A stretch of 64,000 nucleotides of DNA from Sphaerodactylus townsendi (taxonomy: Eukaryota): the NCBI RefSeq assembly GCF_021028975.2, contig NC_059436.1, positions 25,482,001 to 25,546,000 on the forward strand, written 5' to 3'. Position 1 is the stretch's first letter. Every line of letters starts with the position of its first letter. The notes under the pieces were generated by a model that searched no databases, was not told the origin of the DNA, and was given only the letters and a program-made list of their open reading frames with translations. Made by a program: the position numbers and the translations under genes. Positions 24,582 through 39,000 of this stretch are shown here, piece after piece.

Positions 24582-25631
24582 GGCGCACCAGCCGGCCCCG
24601 CTCACCACCGGCACCGGCACCAGCACCGGCGGCCGCCCCCGGGGCGCATCGCCGCCGCAACACCCCAGCCTCGCACCAGCAGCAGCACCAGCACGAGCCT
24701 GCCAGCTACATGGCGGCCGGGACGGGGGCGAGCGGGCGGCGAGGGGGGGGGGGGACTGCGTGCGCGCCGGAAGGCCGCGGCTCTTCTCGGCGGGGGAGGG
24801 CCCGGGCAGCCTCCCCGCCCCGGCCGCCTTAAAGGCACAGGCGCTCCCTCGGCCCCAGACCTCCGACGCCGCCGCCGCGTTCGCCCCTCCCTCGGCTGAC
24901 CCCTGGAGATGTCCCGGCCCCCGGAGGGAGCCGTAGGGAGGATGGACTTGATGGCCCTTGAGATCTCTTCCAACTCTATGATTCTATTATTCTTTCCCCT
25001 GCCCTCCCGCAGGCAGCTCTCCGTCCGGCCAATCAAGCCCGGCCCCGCCGCTTCGGACGCCTGCCTACGGGCCAGGGCTGGGCGCCTCACTCCTTCCCTT
25101 GCGCCTCTCCCGCTCTCGGCTGAGTCGCGCCGGCTTCCAGCAGACACAGCACGCTACAGCGCAGCGCGCAAAGCCTCCCATGGCGGCCCCTTTAAGGGGC
25201 CCCACCCGCCCGAAGCCTCAGCGCCCGGCTCAGCCAATCCGGAGGAAGGTGACGTGTAGCTTCGGGGAGAGAAAGGGCAGCAGTCGACAATGAGCAGGGC
25301 GCCGCCATCTTTAGTGCGGGCGCCCCTTCCCGGTTGATGGCGGCGGCGACGACGACGACCCCTGGCAGGCAGGCCTGGCTTTTTTCCGAAGCTCCGCCCC
25401 CGAGACCCCCTCCGGCAGTCCAGGGCGTGGCCTGGGCTCCTAAGGGGCAGAAGGGCGGTGGCCGGGGCGCTCCGCAGAGCTGCCAGGACCCAAAATGGCT
25501 GCGGCGGCTCTTGGAAGCCGGGAGGGAGGGGGTCACTGGGGCTGCTTCCGGGCGCGCGTGTTCCGGGGCGGTGTGGCGAGCGGGGCCGCGGCCTGGGGCG
25601 GCGTCTAGGGGGGCCGCCGGGGCTGTCTGCG
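24582..25631. promoter_or_regulatory. Bidirectional CpG-island promoter C2CD2L/DPAGT1
   Basis: Head-to-head ATGs about 1.05 kb apart; CCAAT at about 25029 and 25234, TGACGTG at 25250, YY1-like GCCGCCATCTTT at 25301. Confidence 0.75.
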
Positions 25632-30157
<4,526 letters not shown>

Positions 30158-30855
30158 GCTCTTCCTGTCTTCCTCGACCTGCATCCCTGGTGGGTGCTCT
30201 GGTTCAGGTGCCTGTGGCAGCCGGCCTGCTTCCCAGAGACAGAAGGCTTTCTTTCATGGTGGTCTACAGGGCTATGTGGTGCTTCTTAGCAAAGTTTTGA
30301 AAGTAGCCCTCTCATTACACTAGCAGATGCAGAAATGATTGTAACACTTGTAAAGGGGAGTCTGGATGTGGAGTATTGCTCTGTTGTGTGCTCACTGGGG
30401 AGGAGGCCAATTAGGCAGCAAGGGGACGCTGGGCTGCTCAGGCTTGAAAGGCTCTCTGCTATAAATCCCCCCCCCCCCCACGCTTTCAGCCTGTTTGCCT
30501 GTGCTGTGCCACTAGCCTCAGTGTGCAGGAGTCAGGACTGTTCAGACAAAGATCCGTGGCTAATGGCAGTTCCGGGGTGGGGGCTTGTTTTGGTGGTAGG
30601 AATGGTGTCTGGTGAGAATCAAAGAGGAATGATTGGAAAAGCAAAATTAAATGATTGCTTTTGCCTTCTGGGCCCGTGTCAGCCAGCCCTGAGGAGGTGC
30701 CCCTGGGCAAAGAAAGACGCCTCCTAGCTTGTTATAGTTGGGGTTGGGGTGCACTAGAGTTCTTTGAAAATGGTTAGCCAAACGGCCCTTTTCCTTTACA
30801 GCAAAGAGGTGGAAATCCTCTTCTTCCTCCATTCATGGTTCAAAAAATGATCTAA

Positions 30856-30861
30856 AATAAA
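30856..30861 (+). terminator. Putative DPAGT1 polyadenylation signal
   Basis: AATAAA about 700 nt after the stop, followed by a (GT)n/T-rich downstream element. Confidence 0.7.
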
Positions 30862-32159
30862 TGATCAACATCTCGTGTGTGTGTGTGTGTGCTTCTGTTT
30901 CTCTGCACTGACCAGAACCTTTTTCTGGCTCCTGCCTAAGGGTCCATAGTTATGAAATCTGACATTCTCTTTTCCACATCCACCGAATAACTGGGGCAGG
31001 GAGCTAGAAGGGTTGCGTAGATGCTGCAGTTACCTGTAGAAGGTAGACCGCTTCTCCCCGAATTCTTTGTAGTTGTCCATTTTCATTACCCCCAGAGCAG
31101 AGGGCTGATCATCCTTTTGGCCCATGTTCTGAAGAGGAGACACAGCATCCCACCTTGGAAGCCAGCAGACCAAATGGGCTGTGAGTGATCTCAGCCAAAC
31201 CCGATCTCTGAGACTCCTTTGGGGTTGCTGGTGGGTGCAGGCTTGGAAGGCAGTGATGGGCAGAAACTGGGCATGTTTCCTTTGCCTCCTGGCACAGGGC
31301 TGCTGGTGCTGCTCCTATGGCAGTCTGTGGGAGGGGTCCTGTTGAAGGGAGGTGTATCCAGCTTTAACATGGAGGCTGCATCACCCTTCAAAACATGTGC
31401 TGTGTCTGCGAGACAAAGGGGTTGGCTGAGCTGCAGAGCTCCTGCCTCATGAAGCACTGGTCGGGGCTCATGGTGAGTGGACCCATAGAAGGCAGCCCAG
31501 AGTGATTATCTTGTTTCTAACACCCAGAGATAGAAGGACATAAGCAATACCTGTTGTACAGACTGCAGTTTGACGTGACACTTTGTGAAGGAGAAAATCA
31601 CCATCGGCTGGCAGGAGAATGCCTGGGAGATCAGTCTGCATGCAGCTAGAGGTTCTTCGAGTTAGTTTGCATAGAATTTCCCTTAGGATCACGCTGGGGA
31701 TGTTTTCCTGGGTGAACAGCCAGCAAGTGAAATAAGCGACCACCCTGAAGTTCAAATTCAGTCCTAACATGAAAATTCCCAGTGTGGTGTATACTATTAG
31801 GGGGCCGGGCAATTTCAGTAAAAGGATTTCTTCATGGCCACCGGCTGTGTTGACTAAATGGGGCCAGCAGCCACCTGAATCCCAGTGCTGGGAGGTGATG
31901 CCAAGGCAGCTGGCTGGCCCCTTGGGGAAATGAGACGGGGGGGCTACACGGGCCGGATCCAGCAGTCCGCTGTTCCGCTTGTCCAGAGCTGGTGGCTGCC
32001 TGTGGCGTGGGGGTGGGTGCGCAGGTGTTGCCCCGCCCCGCTACCCCAGCTACGTGACGATGGGGGGGAGAGCCCCAAAGCAGGCACCGCCCCCTGGCTG
32101 CGCCCATGCCCTGTCCCCCTCCGGGAAGGGCGGGCGGGGCGTGGGGGCTCCTCTCCGCA

Positions 32160-32329
32160 GACTGGCCGCATTTGAATCGAGCGCGCTGCTGCCCCATTGG
32201 CTCCAGGCGCCGGCCAATGAGCAGCAGCCCCGGGCAGCCGCGTCCAATCGGAGCGCCGAAGGGGCCAGCGATGTAGATACTGCGCGGGGGCTACAAAAGC
32301 GGCGCGGCTCCAGGGCGGAGGGGGCAGGC
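32160..32329 (+). promoter_or_regulatory. H2AX promoter: three CCAAT boxes, CHR-like TTTGAA, degenerate TATA
   Basis: ATTGG at about 32196, CCAAT at about 32214 and 32244, TTTGAA at 32171-32176, TACAAAA at 32292-32298, about 30 nt before the ATG. Confidence 0.7.
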
Positions 32330-32740
32330 ATGTCGGCGCGCGGGAAGAGCAGCGGCGGCGGCGCGCGGGGGAAGTCGCGGTCGTGGCGGGCCGGGCTGCG
32401 GTTCCCGGTGGGGCGCGTGCACCGGCTGCTGCGGCGCGGGCGCTACGCTTCGCGGGTGGGCGCGGGAGCGGCCGTGTACCTGGCGGCGGTGCTGGAGTAC
32501 CTGGCGGCCGAGGTGCTGGAGCTGGCGGGCAACGCGGCGCGCGACCACCGCAAGGTGCGCATCGTGCCCCGCCACGTGCAGCTGGCCGCGCGCCACGACG
32601 CGGAGCTGGGCCTCCTGCTGGGTCGCGTCACCATCGCGCAGGGCGGCGTCCTGCCCCACATCCCCGCCGCCCTCCTGCCGCTCAAGGCCGCCGCCGCCGC
32701 CGCCAAGAAGCTGCCCGACCAGGCCTCGCAGGAGTACTGA
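32330..32740 (+). CDS. H2AX: Histone H2A.X (intronless, 136 aa, unusually divergent)
   Basis: H2A fold ([43 protein letters not shown]) with C-terminal ASQEY*; sits in the syntenic H2AX position between DPAGT1 and HMBS. Confidence 0.93.
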   Translation: MSARGKSSGGGARGKSRSWRAGLRFPVGRVHRLLRRGRYASRVGAGAAVYLAAVLEYLAAEVLELAGNAARDHRKVRIVPRHVQLAARHDAELGLLLGRVTIAQGGVLPHIPAALLPLKAAAAAAKKLPDQASQEY

Positions 32741-32924
32741 CCCGCCCCCCGGGCCGATCCCGACTCTGGTAGGTGACCCTCCGCGCTCCACCGGGGGGTG
32801 TCTTGCCGCAGGCTGTGCGGGCCTCTTCCAGGCAGCTGCCCGTCGAGCGGGGGCGGGGGGGGGGGAGGGGCGACGCCGTCGTGTAGCCAGCTCGTTTTCC
32901 AGTCACCGTTTTAACCACCATCTC

Positions 32925-32930
32925 TTTAAT
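32925..32930 (-). terminator. Putative HMBS polyadenylation signal ATTAAA
   Basis: tttaat on the + strand, about 108 nt past the HMBS stop. Confidence 0.6.
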
Positions 32931-33037
32931 CGCTTCAAGGAGTCCTTTCCCGCCACAGAAACAGCCCCCCCCCCCCCCCCCCCCCCCCCAATAAGGCACC
33001 GAGAGTGATCAGTCCCCACCCCAGCTGGGGCAGACAT

Positions 33038-36000
33038 TCAGGGCTGGTGAGGGCAAGGCGGTGGCGAGGCTGCCCTTCCGTTGCCCCCGCGTGGGAGTCC
33101 GACTGGCTCTCCGGTCTCGTTGAGCTGCCTGGCCACCGCGAGGATCAGCCCGGCTCCTTGGCTGAGCAGCAGCTCTGCCAGATCCACCCCCAGCTTCTCG
33201 GCTGCCTGCTGAGCCCGGCCAGGGACCGTCCTGGCGGTGATGCCCACGTGCTGCGTGTCATCGTTTGGCCCGTCTGTGTCCTGGGGAGAGAGGGGTGGGT
33301 TATAGAGGCCTGCCTGGGGCAACTTCACTTAGTGGCAAGAGCTAACCTGCAGCACTGATGCTCCAACCGTGGCTGCATGCTGCTTCAACACATGCGAGCC
33401 CCTTTGCTGCAGTTCCAGGTGCATTTATGCAAGTCTATGTGCAAGTCTCAGCTTTTCCCCCCACACTCCTCTTTAGCTTGTAAAGTGGGAAAGCACACAC
33501 ACACAGAGGACAATGCAAAAGCAGTAGGTGTTGGTACCTCTAGTGGGAAATCCACAGTGGCTTGCATGGTCTGCTGGAGGCTCTCTGCTCCATCCAGGCT
33601 GTAGACGGCCCCAGTCAAATAAAGCTAGAAGAGGAAGTAGGGATAGCAGCAGGCAGGTGAAAGGTACAGAAAGCAGCCGGCTCATTTTGGTCTCCCCTTT
33701 TCTAGTGCCCCATCTCCACCATTGTTGTTACCTGCAAATCCTTCACCGTGGTGCTCACTGCCACTGGGACGCTGCAGCCGCCCTCCTGGAATTGAAGGAA
33801 CCCCGTGGATTACTGGAGCATCAGCACCTGACCAGTCGCCCCACCCCTGCCGTGGGAGCAGGCTGCTTCATGGCTCGGCATTCGGACCTTGCCCTGCAAG
33901 GCTTACCAAACGCTTCATGAAGGCCCTCTCCGCAATGCAACACAGCACAGTCTCCCGATCATGCAAGACGGACACCAGCTCCAGGATCTCGTGGTCTTTG
34001 GCTCTCACCTCCACTGCCAAGGCACCCTAAAGGGACAAAGCCGGCAGGGCCCCCTCAGCCTCTCCCAAGGAGAACAGGCTCCTCTGCTTAGCACAGTTAG
34101 TAGCAGGTTGGAGGGAGACAGAGTAGTGGCAGCACCGGCCTCCTTAAAGGAAGTGATGTCGATTGATGGGGTATTCATTTCCATCCCCCTTGGCCCAGAA
34201 CAACCAGATCCAAAACAAAAGGAAGCCTGCAAACTCTGGTTGGGGAGGCTCCAGTGGAAGTGGGGTGAGTGGGTTTCCCCAAGCAAATTCACCCCTTCCC
34301 CATAGTTCTGGAAGGCCTTGGAGACACCCCAAGCACGGGGACCCCTGCTTTAATTAGATGTGCTAGCAAGAAGAATGCCAGAGCGACTTCAGGCTTGAGA
34401 AACTCATGCGCCTAGGGCAGGACGTAGAACCCTAACCCTTTGCATACCTGCCCAACAGCATACAAGCAGTCTGCAGGGCTCAAGATCTGAAACAAAGCAA
34501 GACTGGCAGTTAGACCTCACAGACTTCCTTTGGGACCCTGCAGTTGCTTCTAATAAAACTGTTTCCTAACTGCTGCTTTGGGGTCTGTTTTTAATGGCTG
34601 CCTGCAATTCTTTCCTGTTTTGGCAAATTCAGAATGTGGCTATCCTGGAGGGAAATTGTAAAACAGGTCATGAGGAGAGGGCTTTGGCAACTTTCTGAAA
34701 CCTGGCCTGGAAATTTGTCTCCAGCTTTGCGATTGTCCCATGAGGACCACCCTAGCCGCCCTCTGAGCCTTGTACCTGCAGCTCCAGCATGCTCGTAACC
34801 TGGCCTGTGGTGCCGCTCTGTGCTGCCACCTCTGGAATTCCAACATACCCCACAACGCTTTTTGCCCCACAGCACCTACCACACGTTCCTAGTTAACATC
34901 CAGCCAAAAGCATTCAACGCCTCCCGCTCTGAGCTCACCTGGCCCATACGGCTGTCCCAACCCATCCGCTTCAGGCCAGCAGCAGCCAGGATAATGGCAC
35001 TGAAATCTTCCTTCTCATCCAGCTTCTTCAAGCGTGTGTTCAAATTCCCTCTCTGTGGGGTAGCTTAAGGGAAAACAAAACACACCTCCGCAAGGCACAC
35101 TGACAGGTGCTGCTCTCTCTGGCCCCCAGGGCACACTGATCTCTCAAGGACCAAGGGAGACCAGCTCGCTTTGGCTGTCTCTTCATCAGCACACGCTCCT
35201 CAACAGGCTGGCCTAACCCCAACTCCTTTTTACACAACCACAGGCTTCAGCGCAAAGCCATGAGGTCTCTAAGCAGGAACCCCTAACCCCACAGATAGAA
35301 GGACTCTAAATTGGCATGTACCCTCTTGTGGTGTTGGCCCCACTTACATGCAGGGCTGCTTCTCCCTCTGCTCTGCTCATGTCAGGAGGGGCTTCTGCAG
35401 TGCCAGCCTGCCAAGGAGCCACATCCACAAGAGCCTGCCTGTGTTGGGCTTTCTCCTCTTGTGCAGCAGCCTGCCTGGAGGTAAGGAATGTTCCCACTCT
35501 TGGCTTTCCACAAACTTTGCAAAGCTGAACGTGGGGGCTTTTCTGCATAGATAATAAGGCTGCTCAGAGCAAAATGAGCTTGGATAAATGACTGGGACTT
35601 GTGGTCTTTGCTTGCTGTATACAGCATATTACAAGTACGATTCTACTGTGTAAATTTCTGTCCCGCTTAATATGCCACTGTTATTATTTATGTTGTGTTT
35701 GGTTGTTTCTTTCTGGTAATTCCTGGCTTCCAGTACCCTAATGCACTGGTTATTGAGTCTCCTTTGTTAGTGCTGAGTCACTAATTCACTTTGAGTCCCT
35801 GTGTGAAAGGTAGACTGTAAGTAACGTAAATAAGTAAAATGCCTCTGATTCAAAAGAGGCCCAGCGGTCTAATGCAGAACCACGAAAGGATACAATATCC
35901 CTGAACTCCAGTTGAGGAAACTTCCTCTTCAGCTGAGCTGCTCGACGGAGGGAGCTGGTGCCAACCACACTGCCGAGGGACAATTGGAAGCACACATCAG

Positions 36001-39000
36001 AACAAAGCCACGGCCGGGGACGTCCTTCCGCCATGACCGGCTGGTTAAGGGGCGGCAACTTCAGTCCAGAAAATAGGTGGCTCAGGGGAAACATGGGATT
36101 GTGCTTGGGGTGGAGAAAGCGGGCAGAGGGCGCTTTTCCGCCTCCCACAATATCAGGACTGGGGGACACGCAGTGAGGTTGCTGGGAAATAGGGAAATCC
36201 ACTGCCAGTGGGAGGTAGTGGTGGCAACCGGCAGAAAGCTGAACAAGGAGAGGTCCATTGACAGCTACCATCACCATGGTGCCTTAAGGGCAGCCTCCAT
36301 GTTCAGAGGCAGCAAACCTCTCAATCCCCTGGGCTTGGGTGGTGTCAGCAGGAGGTCTTGGCCTCCACGCCCTGTGTGTTGGGACCTGCAAGGCAACCGG
36401 TGGGCCACTGTCCTGATCAAGCAGGTTCTTGCAAAGGTTTGGGGTGGCAAAACAATGGATCTAACTGCAGCCAAGGGGAGAATATGCAAAAGACAGCGAG
36501 CTTCATGGTGGGGAGTGGGACAGAACTCAGCCCACTCGACCTGGCAGGAAGGCTGGCTGGGAGGGGGCAGCTGAGGGGCTGAGCATGACGAGCAGAGCAC
36601 AGCACACTCACCTCTTGCCAGGGAGGCTGCTGAGAGTTTCCCCACAGTGCTTAGGGTGGAAGACGACGGCATCGTGAGGGTTCTCTCTCCTGCATGGAGC
36701 CATGGGGGGGGGGGGAGGTGTCAGCTGAGCGTTAGCAGGATTCCCATGCCCCCCCACCCCGCACAACTGAGAGCTCCAGCTCCAGCATGCGCCTGAGGCT
36801 CCAGCCGGAGGTGCCCTGCCCCACAGCAACAGGGGCCCCAATCTAGCCCCAGGGGGAGGAGAGGAGGCTAGTTGGCCCAGGCCCACGCTGCCCCACACCC
36901 ATCAAGGTGGGCCTCGCAAAAGCGCTCCAACTCACTTGCAGACGGCACCAATAGTGAAGCCCAGGGGCAGGGATGTGGGCAGGTCCTTCAGCGAGTGGAC
37001 CACCAAGTCCACCCTGAAAACAGAGCAGAACAGAGAGGGGACTGGAGGGGACAGCAAACACCCAATGGGTGAGTCCAAGGCGGGCGGCGGCAGGATTGGT
37101 ACAAGAGCCAGGCAGCCTTGAGCAAGCACCATTCAGCATGGCCCACTTTTCAGGATTGTTGCAATAAGAATTTAACAAACATTACATAATATACTGGGGC
37201 ACAATGTCACAGGTGAGAACGCAAACACCCTGGCTAAAAGGGCAAGGAAACACTGAACGCTGGGCTCCTCTCCTGGGGGGTTTGTTTGGGGCAGCAGCTC
37301 TGCAGGAACCCAACATCAAAGAGCCCTTCCCCCACACCACATGCCAGGCCCCCCAGCCCTTCCAGTGAGGCCTGAAGGGCAAAATTCAGGCCAGCTCCAA
37401 AAGGACACTTACTCATTTCTCTCTAGTGCATTTTCCAGCTCCTTGGTGAAGAGGCTTTTCTCTCCAATCTAAGTGGGGGAAGAGGCCGCCTGTCAGTAGC
37501 AAAGAAGACCCTCCCACTAAGCCAGCCTCAGCCAAGGGAGACGGAGGGGACAAGACTCACCTTGGAGAGAGCCGTATCCAGGATCTTGTCTCCAGTGGTT
37601 GACATGGCAACTGTTGAAACACATACAGAAGGGGGGGTCACTCCAGCACCAGCGGGATGGATGCAGGAGACTGTGGTGGGGAGGGCTTGAGGCCCTGGGG
37701 GAGAGAGGGGTGTCCTGTCCTGCCAGGGCAGCAAACAGCCATGCATGGAGAAGGGTTGCTCTCTGCCCCCAGCCCTCCTTCCGTCTGCCTCTCCCACCCA
37801 GGGCCTTCTGTCCCCAGGCACTCACCAATCTCAAAGCAGAGGTGGGGGTGGTGGTCCTGGAGCATCTGCACCACGCTGTCCGTCTGGATCCGAGCCAGCT
37901 GTAACCCCAAGCGAAGACAGGTGAAGCCTTGGAGAGCATGCAGAGGGAGTGACCTGCGGCTGGGGTGAGCCCCTCAGGGGGAGCAGCCGTGGCCACGCCA
38001 GCCCAGCCGACACTCAGGGGGACAACAGGGGGGCTGGGCTGCTCCTGCCACAGCTGGGGGTCAGGCAGACTGGGTGCGCCCCTGCAGAAAGCCAGGGAAG
38101 CAGAGCTGGGGGGCACATGCACAGCCCCCTCCTGCCCATTTCCCTCTCATTCATGGTTAATGCCCCCAGGGAGGCCCCTGCAAGGGACTGCTGCACCAGG
38201 AGCCAGCAAAGGCAGATTAGCTGCTCTCCACCGCAAGGGTGGGGGCATTATCTTCCTTCACAAGCTTCCCCGCCCCGCCCCACCCCACCCTCCACCTTCC
38301 TTTCTGGGATTCTGCAGGGGAGACTTGAGGAGGAAACTTCCTTTGGCCAAGCAAGGGGAGGAGGGGGGGCTTCACCTGGCTCTTCCTGGTTCCGACACGG
38401 ATCGTGTGGTTTTTCGTGCCATTTTCTTCCTGCAAAGGTTTGTCTCCATTTATTCCAAGAAATTTGATTGTGAGTTCCTGCGTGGCAGGCGGTTGGACTT
38501 GCTGGCCCTTGGGGTCTCTTCCAGCTCTTATGAGTCTATAAGTGAAACTTCTCCACCAAATGCAAAGCTGGCCAGAGCCAGCATTAATCTCCTCGCGCTG
38601 GGCATCAGGCTGGCTGTGTGACCACAGACACGAAGAGGGACCCACCAGCGACCCACACTCGGCAGCCTTGCTCCATTCCGAGGGTCACCCCATCCCCAAG
38701 ACACCAACCATTCCTTAGGCGCTAGATGGGCAACCAAACGGAACAGTCTCCACTTGCTGAAATCCAGACCCCAAGCAGCTGGCAGGAGAGCCCTTCCTGT
38801 GGGCCCTCAACTCTACTCTCCACCTCACCCTGCCCTTCCTGCAGGCTGCTCCGGTGGCAGACGTGGCTCTCCCTGCACTCCAGGACCCGGCCACACCTGC
38901 TCCACAGCCTCCCAGTGCACTCAGCAGGCAGAGTAGAGACCTGGAGCCAAGCCTTCCTGCCCCCTTCCAGGCAGATGCCCAGCATGCTGCCCTTTCCTCC

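Noticed and set aside
30913-30990. Extra minus-strand exon (YSVDVEKRMSDFITMDP*) for the candidate antisense gene
   Set aside because: Phase-compatible with segment D but would need a 43-nt intron, below the usual vertebrate minimum.
32965-32989. Long poly-C/poly-G runs throughout the window as a functional system
   Set aside because: Scattered everywhere with no consistent position, and homopolymer lengths are error-prone in assemblies.
38430-38645. Open frame upstream of the HMBS EENG exon as an N-terminal extension
   Set aside because: No in-frame ATG (it starts at GTG), and a normal acceptor is present at 38430.
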